Shown here piece by piece: positions 48,040 through 58,362 of a stretch of DNA of 64,000 nucleotides. The first letter of the stretch is position 1, and every line of letters starts with the position of its first letter. The stretch is from contig JAIBAY010000007.1 of assembly GCA_019694975.1 (NCBI GenBank), positions 1,283-65,282 of the forward strand, in the 5' to 3' direction. The position numbers were made by a program, and so were the translations under genes. Under the pieces are notes generated by a model that made no database searches, was not told the origin of the DNA, and worked only from the letters and a program-made list of their open reading frames with translations. The stretch is from Chitinophagales bacterium (GTDB lineage: Bacteria > Bacteroidota > Bacteroidia > Chitinophagales > UBA10324).

Positions 48040-49557
48040 ATGAAAAGCGAAAAGAAGAAACTGACCTCTGCGTCGGGCATTCCATATACAGAACACGAAA
48101 ACTCCTTAACAGCCGGTCCGCGCGGTCCCATCCTGCTGCAGGATTATATGCTTCATGAGAAGATGGCACACTTCAACCGGGAACGTATTCCTGAAAGAGT
48201 GGTACATGCTAAAGGCACCGGCGCATTCGGCAAGTTCACTGTCACCCATGATATCACGCGTTTTACAAGGGCGAAACTCTTCGATAAACCGGGCAAGGAA
48301 ACAAAGGTGTTTGTCCGCTTCTCCACGGTGGGTGGTGAAAAAGGATCTGCTGATGCCGAACGTGATCCGCGTGGCTTCGCTGTAAAATTTTATACGGAAG
48401 ACGGCAACTGGGATCTCGCCGGCAACAACACACCGGTCTTCTTTATCAAAGACCCGAAAAAATTCAGCGACTTCATCCATACCCAAAAAAGAGATACGAA
48501 AACAAATTGCAAGAGCCCAACGATGATGTGGGATTTCTGGTCGTTGAATCCTGAATGCATGCACCAGTTACTCATCCTCATGAGCGACCGCGGAACACCG
48601 CAGAGCTATCGTTTCATGCATGGATTCGGCAGCCATACTTTTTCATTCATCAACAACCGGCACGAAAAGTTTTGGGTGAAATTCCATTTCATCTCACAAC
48701 AAGGCATTAAGAATTTCACGGATGCCGAAGCCGTGAACATGAAGGGTAAAGACCCTGACCATGCACAACGTGACCTGGTAACTGCGATTGAAAAAGGTGG
48801 TTTCCCAAGGTGGACCATGAAGGTGCAAATCATGACGGAACAGGAAGCAAAGAACTACCGGTGGAATCCTTTTGACGTCACCAAGGTTTGGCCGCATAAA
48901 GATTATCCGCTTGTGGATGTGGGCGTGCTCGAACTGAATGAGGTACCGGAAAACTATTTCCGCGATGTGGAACAAGTGGCATTCGCTCCGTCGAACGTAG
49001 TGGATGGTATCGGCTATTCACCGGATAAAATGCTGCAGGGCAGATTGCTGTCGTATCCCGATGCACAACGGTATCGCCTCGGTGTAAACTTCGAACAGAT
49101 TCCAGTCAACCGCTGCCCTTATGAAGTCAACAACTATCACCGCGACGGACAGATGCGCATCGATGAAAATGGTGGTAGCACGGCCAACTACTGGCCCAAC
49201 AGCTTTGATCCTTTGCCGGTTGATCATGATTACAAGCAATTACCCTTGCACCTCGACAGCACGCTGGCTGATTGGTACGACCGTAATGCACCCGGTGAAA
49301 ACGATCATTATACGCAGCCGGGCATCCTGTTCCGCGCTGTATTGGACAATGAGCAGAAACTGCATACCATCAATAACATTGTGGTCGCCATGAAAGGCAT
49401 CACCGGCCCGAAGAAAGAGGAAATCACGCATCGTATGCTGCACCACTGGTATATGGTCGATATAAACCTCGGATCTGCCATTGCAAAAGGGTTGGGCATG
49501 CACAATGCTCCGCTGGCTTTACCTGCAGAAAAAAAAGCGAACCTGGTTGTTGCTTAA
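48040..49557 (+). CDS. monofunctional haem catalase (small-subunit type)
   Basis: LTAGPRGPILLQDYMLHEKMAHFNRERIPERVVHAKGTGAFGKF, FSTVGGEKGSADAERDPRGFAVKFYTEDGNWDLAGNN and RLLSYPDAQRYRLG are present. The start is taken at ATG 48040 (MKSEKKK); the ORF-track start at 48019 is a TTG. Confidence 0.92.
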   Translation: MKSEKKKLTSASGIPYTEHENSLTAGPRGPILLQDYMLHEKMAHFNRERIPERVVHAKGTGAFGKFTVTHDITRFTRAKLFDKPGKETKVFVRFSTVGGEKGSADAERDPRGFAVKFYTEDGNWDLAGNNTPVFFIKDPKKFSDFIHTQKRDTKTNCKSPTMMWDFWSLNPECMHQLLILMSDRGTPQSYRFMHGFGSHTFSFINNRHEKFWVKFHFISQQGIKNFTDAEAVNMKGKDPDHAQRDLVTAIEKGGFPRWTMKVQIMTEQEAKNYRWNPFDVTKVWPHKDYPLVDVGVLELNEVPENYFRDVEQVAFAPSNVVDGIGYSPDKMLQGRLLSYPDAQRYRLGVNFEQIPVNRCPYEVNNYHRDGQMRIDENGGSTANYWPNSFDPLPVDHDYKQLPLHLDSTLADWYDRNAPGENDHYTQPGILFRAVLDNEQKLHTINNIVVAMKGITGPKKEEITHRMLHHWYMVDINLGSAIAKGLGMHNAPLALPAEKKANLVVA

Positions 49558-49801
49558 ATGTTGCGCCAGGTACGCAATGTCTGCCGGCATTTGCTGTAGC
49601 TTTCAACACCATACAGTGAGTGCCGGTAGCTCTTTTCAGCATGGAAACACAAGTTTCAATAGCACGAAGTGAATGCCTATTGCTTTTGCCGTCTTGAACT
49701 GTCGCTTGTCAACTTCATACAATAATCGCGTCTTCACCAGGCGCCACTCACTTCCCCAAGTCATAAACATCATCTCATGCACAACTTTCCTCATCATCAT
49801 C

Positions 49802-49826
49802 AAAAAAAAAGCGGGCACGGCCCGCT
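49802..49826 (-). terminator. rho-independent terminator for the 49851..50324 gene (convergent with catalase)
   Basis: On the minus strand this reads AGCGGGC-CGT-GCCCGCT followed by TTTTTTTTT, 25 nt after the stop. Confidence 0.75.
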
Positions 49827-49850
49827 CTTCATTAATAAATTCAATAAAGC

Positions 49851-50324
49851 TTACTTCATCCCACCCAACATTCCCAACGCTGATGTAATCGTAGCAGGGT
49901 CAAATCCGCTTTTAAAAATTTTCGGATCGAGGTTGGAAACAAGGGTAGATGCCATCGGCGCAATCTGCGAGATTGACGTTGCCTTCTTCAGGCTGTTCAT
50001 CATATCCATTGGCGGCGTCCATCCGTTCAGGAATGAAGTGGACTTCAAACCACCTGCAAGCTGCACCACCGAAGTGCCTGCCGCAGCCATGTCGGTAACA
50101 TTCATCGATTTCAGGCCACCGAGGTAGTCATCCAGCGATTTCTTAAAAGTTGGCGTAAACGCACTGGATTTGATGTTACCGGCCAGGTCAGACATGATGG
50201 TTCCAAAATTGGCCGAAGACACGGCCTGTCCTCCGATATTCTTTGCTGCATCCATTGGATTTTGCGCAGCTGCAATGCCGCTGATGAAAACCATCGCGAG
50301 CAGCAGGGAAACTATCTTTTTCAT
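49851..50324 (-). CDS. hypothetical secreted protein
   Basis: A 157-aa ORF with signal peptide MKKIVSLLLAMVFISGIAAAQ. I recognise no family. It has its own strong terminator. Confidence 0.6.
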   Translation of the reverse strand: MKKIVSLLLAMVFISGIAAAQNPMDAAKNIGGQAVSSANFGTIMSDLAGNIKSSAFTPTFKKSLDDYLGGLKSMNVTDMAAAGTSVVQLAGGLKSTSFLNGWTPPMDMMNSLKKATSISQIAPMASTLVSNLDPKIFKSGFDPATITSALGMLGGMK

Positions 50325-50464
50325 TTTGCTGATTTTTTTTCACAAAGATAATACACGGCACATGCAATTGCCGGTTTGATGAGTGGAACGGCAGAAAAAA
50401 TATGTGGTTTGTCCACAATGCGAGTGAACAGATTAAGAATGCGGCTTGCAGCTTATGGTAGCAA

Positions 50465-51040
50465 TCATCGCTTTTGCCTGATGAGGCGCCGGGCATTGTC
50501 CGAAGCACAAATCAACCCTGCACCCATCATAATTACATCTTTCAGAACTAATCTTCCGGCTGCGGATAAATAGGGAAAACCAAATTGCGGAGTGGGAAAG
50601 TCGCCGCCAAGGTTCGGCACAAACACCTCCGGTGTTGTGATCAAAAAAGTCAGCGTAACCATAGACATTCCAACGGTGAGCAGCGCTCCCGCCAGCCCCA
50701 TTTTATTGTACCGGATACCTGACAGCGTCAGCAATCCAATCAGCACAATAACTGCACCCAGGCCATAAGCGAAAGTATAAGTTCCGTTTTCCTTATGCCA
50801 TGCAATGTTTTTTGCTACCGTTTTCCCCTCCGGGTTTTTATACTGCTGATAATCCGGTGCAGGATGCGTGTAAAGGAAAGACATGAACGGACTGTTGGCA
50901 ACAAACGGTACTATGCCGTCCGCTTCATACTGAAATGCTTTAAGTCCGCCAATCCACGCCATGACGATAAAAATGGATAGTCTCGTAAAATGGATAAACC
51001 ATGATTGGCTTTCTGCCAGAAATTGGATAAGTGCTTTCAC
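50465..51040 (-). CDS. DUF417 family membrane protein (YkgB/RclC-like)
   Basis: IVMAWIGGLKAFQYEADGIVPFVANSPFMSFLY matches the DUF417 signature, and there are four TM segments. Confidence 0.75.
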   Translation of the reverse strand: MKALIQFLAESQSWFIHFTRLSIFIVMAWIGGLKAFQYEADGIVPFVANSPFMSFLYTHPAPDYQQYKNPEGKTVAKNIAWHKENGTYTFAYGLGAVIVLIGLLTLSGIRYNKMGLAGALLTVGMSMVTLTFLITTPEVFVPNLGGDFPTPQFGFPYLSAAGRLVLKDVIMMGAGLICASDNARRLIRQKR

Positions 51041-51121
51041 GGCATGAATTACTTTACAGGTTTAATGGAAATATGATTCCGGCTTTGCCTGATTCATGAC
51101 AGTCATTGCCAGGCATGCATT

Positions 51122-52816
51122 TTAGTTCTTTAATAGTGTTTTCAACTCCATGTTGTTTTGTTGCCTGATCGTAACGAAGTAAATGCCCGGCGCATAACCG
51201 GAAATATCAAAGTCCATTGATTGCAACGCATCGTCAGCTGGTATGGAAAACTGTTGCATCACCTGTCCCATCGTGTTGGTGATGGTGATGGTAGTGGCTT
51301 CACCGAACTCACCGGAAAATTTCACCGTTTCCGCCGCCGGATTCGGACTCATCCGCCAGGGTATCGTATCGCCGATGATGACGGAATGGATAGCATCAGG
51401 ATTGCACTTCACGAGATAGCATTCGCGTATTTTTTTGTCTTTCTTCAGCGTATCAAAATATTGAATCTTCAATGCCGCCAGCTCATCGCGGAGGTCATTC
51501 AGCACGCCCTGGTAATCGGGTTTGAATATCAGGTTGGTGGTTTCCAGCGGATCGGCATTGAGGTCGTACAACTCCTCGGTGAAATGATCGCACTGGCTTT
51601 TCACATATTTATAATCTTTGGTCACCACGCCGCGCATGGATGGGTTATCACTGTCCTCCACCGCATCACAGGTAGCATTTCCCAGCTTGATATTTTCAAA
51701 CAGGAAAGCATCGCGTGTCACCTGCCCCGAGATAAGTTTCTGCAGCGAAGTGCCCTGCGGATGATAGCTTTCATAACTGACTTTCGCTGCGGCTAAAATG
51801 GTGGGCATGATGTCAATATTCAGGCAAAAGAAATTACCGTCCACCACGGTATTCGATGCATACCACGACGGATACCGGATGAATAGCGGCAGGTGAATGG
51901 ATGGATCATACACCTTGCCCTTGCCTTTCAGCTCATGTTCGCCGTAATTGGCGCCATTGTCAGAAAGAAAAATAATCATCGTATTGTTGAGCAGGTTCCG
52001 GTTCTGCAGGATGTTGAAGATGTCGGTCACATTATCTTCCACCGCCAATATTCCTGCATAATAGTTTTTGTAATCCTTGATCAGTTCTTTGTCTTTGTCG
52101 TAGATATTGGTGCTGTCGCCATAAAGAAAGGATGGATACCAGGAAGTGAACTGGTAAAAGTTGCCAGGAATCGGCATGGTATCATTCTCAAAAATTCCAT
52201 CATACTGTGGTAATGGAACCACGGGCCGGTGCGGCGACGGATGGCCAATGGTGACAAAAAACGGCGTATCTACTTCACTCAGGTATTGATGAACGGAATC
52301 ATTAATGATATTTTCAACATGCCCCGTCATACTCAGTTCCGTATTGTTGAAGTAAAAAGTCGGATCCTCGTACTCAATCTTGCGTCCGGTGACAAACCAG
52401 TAATCCCAGCCATCCTGCTTCTTGGTGGTAATATGATATTTACCGATCATGCCCGTATGATATCCTTTCCCGTCTAATATCTCCGCCACGGTCTTGATGC
52501 TGGGCTTGATGAATGCACAATTATCCACGGCACCATGGCTGTGGGGATAAAGACCCGTCATCAGCGTGGCGCGCGCCGGAATGCATAAAGGATAAACACA
52601 GTAGAAATTATCAAACCTCGCTCCTTCATTGGCAATCCTATCGATGGACGGTGTATGCAGAAAAGACGGCCCGCCGGTCATGTTGAATGCATCATACCGC
52701 AGGTCATCGGCAATGATCATGATCACATTCGCGCGGCCGGTTTGTGCAGCAACCGGCAGGGCTGACAAAACCAAATACGGAAACAGGAGAAAAAAAACAT
52801 ACTTCATGAGTTGCAT
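51122..52816 (-). CDS. formylglycine-dependent sulfatase with T9SS sorting domain
   Basis: NVIMIIADDLRYD is followed by the sulfatase signature CIPARATLMTGLYPHSHG (C-x-P-x-R). The tail reads MSPNPAAETVKFSG...GIYFVTI. Confidence 0.88.
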   Translation of the reverse strand: MQLMKYVFFLLFPYLVLSALPVAAQTGRANVIMIIADDLRYDAFNMTGGPSFLHTPSIDRIANEGARFDNFYCVYPLCIPARATLMTGLYPHSHGAVDNCAFIKPSIKTVAEILDGKGYHTGMIGKYHITTKKQDGWDYWFVTGRKIEYEDPTFYFNNTELSMTGHVENIINDSVHQYLSEVDTPFFVTIGHPSPHRPVVPLPQYDGIFENDTMPIPGNFYQFTSWYPSFLYGDSTNIYDKDKELIKDYKNYYAGILAVEDNVTDIFNILQNRNLLNNTMIIFLSDNGANYGEHELKGKGKVYDPSIHLPLFIRYPSWYASNTVVDGNFFCLNIDIMPTILAAAKVSYESYHPQGTSLQKLISGQVTRDAFLFENIKLGNATCDAVEDSDNPSMRGVVTKDYKYVKSQCDHFTEELYDLNADPLETTNLIFKPDYQGVLNDLRDELAALKIQYFDTLKKDKKIRECYLVKCNPDAIHSVIIGDTIPWRMSPNPAAETVKFSGEFGEATTITITNTMGQVMQQFSIPADDALQSMDFDISGYAPGIYFVTIRQQNNMELKTLLKN

Positions 52817-52961
52817 ATTTCAGCAAATGTAGGAAGTCAGGCGCTAAGTATCAGCCACGAACCGCAAACGTCTCCGCTGACCCGAAAGAAAACATCCACC
52901 AGGCAGGTTGCTTAAAGCATGAAGCCAGCCGGGTGGATGCTGCAAAAGCACTATGAATATA

Positions 52962-55163
52962 TCAACGAATCACCTGGAATTTCGCGGTAGCATGTGTGGG
53001 CCCGTCCTGTAACACCACGAAGTACATTCCTTCCTTCAGCGATGATACATCTACAAGTTGCCGGTCAAGGCCTGCCGTCCATGATTGTTGCAACAATGTT
53101 CTTCCTGATAAGTCAATAATTTGTATGGCAGCGTTTGCGCTCTGCAATGGCTGATGTTCCAGCATGATGAAATTGCTGGCCGGATTAGGATACACGGTCC
53201 ATGCTGCGCCATCGGGTGAAGCGGGCGCAATGCCCACAATATAACTCGGCAGCAGCGTGCCGCCCTCATCGTGGTAACGCGCCACCCATTCCTGGTAATA
53301 CTGATTGGCGATGCTTGCATTGTGCACCACGACGGTGTTTTCATCATTCTTTGTTTGCGCGGAAGTACTCCAGTTATGTGAACCGGTCAGCACAGCCGGA
53401 TCCAGTCCGGGTGCATTGGCATCAACCAGCAGGTATTTATTATGCACGAGATAAGAGTGATTCGCTACAAACAAGGTACCCACCATGTCGCTTGCCAGGA
53501 TGCTGTAAGCAAAGGAACCGTTGCTTGTATCGTCAATCACACCGCCGCCCCAGACGCCGGCACTGGTGCGGTCATCTATCGCATAAGAAATACTGAATCT
53601 TGTATCAGCGAATACACACAGTTCGAGATCATGATCGGCCGATGTGGCGGTGCGTTTGATGGCTGACTCTGTATCATCACTGGGGCTGAAGTACAATTCA
53701 ACACGGTTACCTCCGATCACGAATTCCTTTGGTGTATTGTTAGACTTATCAGGGCCAAACAAGCCGCTCCACATCTCATTGAACTCCACGCCATAGGCCT
53801 TTGCAATACTTTGATCCTGGAAGATGATCACATTATTCGCATCCGAGTTAATCTGCTGATTGGTGAAGTTCATCGATCCAGTCCAGAGAAACACCTTGTC
53901 TGGGTCCGGGCTATTGGCATCCATGATCACAAACTTATTGTGCATGATGCCGTAATCAATGCCTGTGGGACTCAGTTTTTTATTGCCGGTGCCGATATTC
54001 AGCTGCGCCCATGCGGATGCGTCCATGTTATCGCCATCACCAATCACCCTCACATTTACACCACGGTTGTATGCCGCATTAATGGCATCCACGATACCAT
54101 TGTTATTATCCATGTTGTAAATGGCAATATCCATCGTGTACACCGTTCGGTTCATGTATGCAATCAATGTATCATCGGCTGTCTGTGCCAGGTTAACGGC
54201 ATTCGTCCCCTGCGCTACTGAATTATCTACCGAACGGGTGAAGTATGTTTTAATCACGCCCGATGAAAGCGACTGAGTAATCATGGTAGCCACAGCCGAA
54301 TAAGAGGTGTCGCCTGTACTGCTTACGGACACTCCTTTCAAATAATAAAGTGTTGCCGGAGTTAAACCGGTTATGCTGATGGTATGATCAGTTACCAGTG
54401 ATGCATAGCTCACTTCACTTCCTAAAGCAGGCGTTGTGCCGTAATAGATCACGGTAGTTCCCGGATTCAGTGTATTAAATGATACATCAAATGCCGTTGG
54501 TGTAATGTTACTCTGCGACAGTGCTGTGGTGAATACAGGAGGGTTGCCCGCGAGCACAAAATCATCGAGGTCGCGCGGTATAAGCTGATAGGTCGTTTGG
54601 TACTGACTCATAATGCCGACAATGTCGAGCGGTGTGGTTGGAATTGGAGTACCTGCTATATTGGAAGTGTGGATGGTGCGAACCTGCGCACTCGGTACAC
54701 TTCCGTCAGTGGCGTCGTAGTTAACATCACTGCTGGCGGAAAAACTGCCTGTGCTGATAAAGGTGGAATTATTGAATCGCACGAGCCTGGATTCATAAGC
54801 TTCGGCATAGCCAGCGGCCATATTCACCACAAAGGGTTCCGGCAGTGCATTGCCGGAACTGATGACAGTATAACTGCTGACCGGATTTAATTCAATCAGG
54901 TTATTGTAAAAGTCTATCACACCGGTTATTTCAACACTGTCGCCACGCTGAACAGCGGCCAGCGAAGTTGAATAGGCAGCTATGCCTCCGGTAGGATCCT
55001 GCAGATAGCGTATTGTTCCCAGTTCACCTGCATTGGTCACAATGCCACGAACGGTAACGGTTGATCCTTCTGCCATCGTTCTGGCTGTGGAGATGGGGAT
55101 TTCTGCCTGGGCAGCAACAAAAATGAAGAGGCAAAGAAAAACGGAGAGTAGCTTTTTTTCCAT
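52962..55163 (-). CDS. secreted phospholipase-D-superfamily (Nuc-like) protein with two HKD motifs, an FN3-like domain and a T9SS sorting domain
   Basis: The HKD motifs are IMHNKFVIMDANS...WTGSMNFT and LVHNKYLLVDAN...LTGSHNWSTSAQTKNDEN. Signal peptide MEKKLLSVFLCLFIFVAAQA, and the tail reads VYPNPASNFIMLEH. Confidence 0.85.
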   Translation of the reverse strand: MEKKLLSVFLCLFIFVAAQAEIPISTARTMAEGSTVTVRGIVTNAGELGTIRYLQDPTGGIAAYSTSLAAVQRGDSVEITGVIDFYNNLIELNPVSSYTVISSGNALPEPFVVNMAAGYAEAYESRLVRFNNSTFISTGSFSASSDVNYDATDGSVPSAQVRTIHTSNIAGTPIPTTPLDIVGIMSQYQTTYQLIPRDLDDFVLAGNPPVFTTALSQSNITPTAFDVSFNTLNPGTTVIYYGTTPALGSEVSYASLVTDHTISITGLTPATLYYLKGVSVSSTGDTSYSAVATMITQSLSSGVIKTYFTRSVDNSVAQGTNAVNLAQTADDTLIAYMNRTVYTMDIAIYNMDNNNGIVDAINAAYNRGVNVRVIGDGDNMDASAWAQLNIGTGNKKLSPTGIDYGIMHNKFVIMDANSPDPDKVFLWTGSMNFTNQQINSDANNVIIFQDQSIAKAYGVEFNEMWSGLFGPDKSNNTPKEFVIGGNRVELYFSPSDDTESAIKRTATSADHDLELCVFADTRFSISYAIDDRTSAGVWGGGVIDDTSNGSFAYSILASDMVGTLFVANHSYLVHNKYLLVDANAPGLDPAVLTGSHNWSTSAQTKNDENTVVVHNASIANQYYQEWVARYHDEGGTLLPSYIVGIAPASPDGAAWTVYPNPASNFIMLEHQPLQSANAAIQIIDLSGRTLLQQSWTAGLDRQLVDVSSLKEGMYFVVLQDGPTHATAKFQVIR

Positions 55164-55334
55164 GGGAGTTTTAATGAGGGCGCAAAGATATTCAAGGTTA
55201 AAGAGATAACCAGATTAATTTCGGTTTATGGTAAGAAAGACCGGGCGATTGTTCGGGGAGAAGTTGCGAGTAGCGGGAGGGCGGGAATCAGCGCGGTGAT
55301 CTTTGCATTATTTTCTGCCTGCAATCATTTCTGC

Positions 55335-57083
55335 TTATTCTACCAATAATTTCAGGTGTTGCTTTTCATGTATTGTTGCCACTTCAACCATGTATAAACC
55401 GGCTGCCAGCCATTCCGTATATTTCAGGACAGCTGTTCCTGCAGGAAAATTTTTTTTACTTACTAAAAATCCAGCCATGTTATAAAGCCGGACCGTCTTC
55501 TCTTCGTTCAGCAAATGACGGCTGAGCCGGATATAAAATATATCATGCGCCGGATTGGGAAAGCAGGAAGCGGAAGCAGTAACGGCGGATACACCGGGAA
55601 CGCCCGTTAATGCTGCCTCCGTCACTTCAATTTGCTGATTCACCGGCACATTGATCAGCACGGTATCATTGCCCGCAGGAAAATGAACTCTTACACTGTC
55701 AATAACCGTCGCATCACCTAATCCAAAATGCGCAGTTAAACTGTTCTGTGAACAGTAACCGGACTGCGCCGTAATTTCTCTCATTTGCCAGACGGAATTT
55801 CCATTAATCGTGGCTTTCACTTTTACCCTTGCACCAATGGCTGATTTATTTGATTGCGTTCCGGCCAGTTCAATTTTGATCCAGTTGTTGCCGTTGCCAT
55901 TGTTCATATAAAACAGATCAGGCGGATTGGTTCCGACGCCACTGTTCTTGCAGGTAGCAAACACGAGATCCATGAAACCATCATTGTTGGCATCGCCCCA
56001 GGCGCATCCATATGAGCATGGTGTAGTCAGATCATCAATACTGTTCAGATCCCGTTCGAAAACTCCGTTTCCATCGTTCAGGTATAAAAAATTAAGAATG
56101 GTTCCGTTGCAGAATCCATTACTCACGGCAAGATCAAGATCACCGTCGTTGTCATAATCGGCAAAGGATGAACTGAAGCTACAGCCGCCATCGGATACCG
56201 CATCACCACTTGAAATTTCAGTAAAGTTTCCGGCTCCATCATTGATGTATAACTGATTTTTTTGTGTGGCAAAAAATCCTGAATTGGCGGTGTAAACATC
56301 CAGGTCACCATCATTGTCAATGTCGCCCCAGCTCGCACTCATTGTGCTGCGGTTATCACTCACCAGCGGGCCGTTTGTAATTTTGGTAAACATTCCATCA
56401 TCGTTGCGGTAGAGGTTATTTTCTTCCGAACTTTCATTTACAACATAGATATCAGGATCACCGTCATTGTCATAATCGGCCCAGGTTACTCCACGTGATG
56501 TCTGCGCATCATTTACAACAACACCAGCGGTGATTTTTGTGAAGCTCCCGTCACCGTTGTTATGAAATAAAAAATTATGAAAATCACCTTCGCTGTTACT
56601 CACATAAGCGTCTAACCATCCATCGTTATCATAGTCACCCCAGCTGGCTGTTTCAGAATATCCGTTACTGGTGCCTAATGCATTATTGCCCGCTTTCACA
56701 AAAGTGCCGTCACCATTGTTTACAAAATAGTAATCCACCTTATCATACCACGTAACAGCCAGCACATCAGGGTCACCGTCATTGTCGGCATCAGCAATCG
56801 TTGCACCATCATAAGGAGCAATCGTCGTTACGATGTCATCTCCGGAAACCTTGGTAAAACTACCGTCTCCGTTGTTGAGATAAAGAAAAGACACGCCGAA
56901 GGCAGAAGGGCCATTCGTGATAAAAATATCGTCCCATCCATCATTGTTCAGATCCGTAAAATTTACGCTGCGGCTGTCTCCTCCGGTCGTTACAACAGGA
57001 CCGGCAGTCACAGCGGTAAATAATTGTCCATAGGATAAACAGTAATGAAAGATTATTGCTGTGGTGAGTATTCTTCTTTTCAT
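55335..57083 (-). CDS. FG-GAP/VCBS repeat plus ASPIC/UnbV domain (CRTAC1-like) protein with T9SS sorting domain
   Basis: There are many (D/N)YDNDG(D/W)(L/P)D(I/V/A) calcium-binding repeats. An ASPIC/UnbV-like NNWIKIELAGTQSNKSAIGARVKV...SGYCSQNSLTAHFGLG follows, and the tail reads CFPNPAHDIFYIRL. Confidence 0.88.
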   Translation of the reverse strand: MKRRILTTAIIFHYCLSYGQLFTAVTAGPVVTTGGDSRSVNFTDLNNDGWDDIFITNGPSAFGVSFLYLNNGDGSFTKVSGDDIVTTIAPYDGATIADADNDGDPDVLAVTWYDKVDYYFVNNGDGTFVKAGNNALGTSNGYSETASWGDYDNDGWLDAYVSNSEGDFHNFLFHNNGDGSFTKITAGVVVNDAQTSRGVTWADYDNDGDPDIYVVNESSEENNLYRNDDGMFTKITNGPLVSDNRSTMSASWGDIDNDGDLDVYTANSGFFATQKNQLYINDGAGNFTEISSGDAVSDGGCSFSSSFADYDNDGDLDLAVSNGFCNGTILNFLYLNDGNGVFERDLNSIDDLTTPCSYGCAWGDANNDGFMDLVFATCKNSGVGTNPPDLFYMNNGNGNNWIKIELAGTQSNKSAIGARVKVKATINGNSVWQMREITAQSGYCSQNSLTAHFGLGDATVIDSVRVHFPAGNDTVLINVPVNQQIEVTEAALTGVPGVSAVTASASCFPNPAHDIFYIRLSRHLLNEEKTVRLYNMAGFLVSKKNFPAGTAVLKYTEWLAAGLYMVEVATIHEKQHLKLLVE

Positions 57084-57282
57084 GCTTTATTAATTTTCCA
57101 CAAAACACGGCCGGATAAATGACAGGATTTGAAAAATGCGACGAAGCAGTGATGCTGGTTGACAGACAACCTTTTCATCAAAGACCTATTATTGACCGCT
57201 GTTAAATGGTTGTTTATCTTGCTAAAGCAGCTGTTGATCGCATTGCATCCGTTATTCACCAACTTACGCCGACCTTGCCAGC

Positions 57283-58362
57283 ATGAAAAACCGCCTCGGG
57301 CTTCATTTGCTTTTCTGGGGGACTTACCTGTTCCTGAAAACCTATGTGGATGTATTTCTGATCAATTACTCGTATTTCAATCTTGCCTGGGAAATCCGTC
57401 TCGCTAAAGCTTTGCTGCCGGAAGCCATTCTGCTGTTGCCTAAAATACTCTTCGCCTATTTCCTGATGTACTATTTAATTCCCCGGATGGGAAAAGAAAG
57501 CAGGTGGCGGTTGACTGCAACAGTAACAGGCGTGATGGCACTCTCCCTACTGCTGTATCATGGACTGATGCAGGTGATCATCATGCCCATGATTCATCAT
57601 GAAGTGCCTGAACAAAGCGCTGTTTCCGAAGGCATCTCGCGGTTCATCTGGCGCATGCTGGATATACTTACCGTGGCAGGAGCAGCCTGCACATTGTCGC
57701 TGATGCGCAAACAATTAAAGGATGCGAAACGTGAACAGCAGCTGATCAGGGAAAAACTGCAATCGGAATTAAATTTTTTACGGGCGCAGACCAATCCGCA
57801 TTTTTTATTCAATACATTAAACAGCATTTATGCGCTGGCGAGAAAACAGGCGCCTGAAACCGCACAGGTGGTGATGCAATTGTCAAAATTGTTGCGTTAC
57901 ATGCTGCATGAATGCAAAGAAACTTTTGTGCCGCTTGACAGGGAATGGAAAGTGATTGAGGATTATATTGAGCTTGAAAAAATACGCTATGGTGTGCGCG
58001 TGGAAGTTACCTGTCAAACTTTCGTTTCCAACCTGCAGGCACCGGTTGCCCCATTGCTGCTGTTGCCGGTAGTTGAAAACGCATTCAAACACGGAGCAGG
58101 CAATAACCGTGGCAAAACAAATATTTCCATCCATCTCGAAGAACAAAAAGGCCGCCTTACTTTCGAAGTAAAAAACAATATAGAAGCAGAAAGTGAATAC
58201 AAGGCCGCAGCAGCAGATTCAGGCATCGGGCTCAGCAATGTGAAACGGCAACTCGAATTGTTATATCCTGTTCATACCTTTGAATCTTCCGGGAACAATG
58301 GCATTTTTACCACGCTGCTAACCTTTCAATGGGATGACCAAACTGCATTGCCTGATCGTTGA
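57283..58362 (+). CDS. LytS/YehU-type sensor histidine kinase
   Basis: An N-terminal multi-TM region, then the His_kinase (PF06580-type) box FLRAQTNPHFLFNTLNSIYALA and the ATPase N-box VENAFKHG. Confidence 0.88.
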   Translation: MKNRLGLHLLFWGTYLFLKTYVDVFLINYSYFNLAWEIRLAKALLPEAILLLPKILFAYFLMYYLIPRMGKESRWRLTATVTGVMALSLLLYHGLMQVIIMPMIHHEVPEQSAVSEGISRFIWRMLDILTVAGAACTLSLMRKQLKDAKREQQLIREKLQSELNFLRAQTNPHFLFNTLNSIYALARKQAPETAQVVMQLSKLLRYMLHECKETFVPLDREWKVIEDYIELEKIRYGVRVEVTCQTFVSNLQAPVAPLLLLPVVENAFKHGAGNNRGKTNISIHLEEQKGRLTFEVKNNIEAESEYKAAAADSGIGLSNVKRQLELLYPVHTFESSGNNGIFTTLLTFQWDDQTALPDR

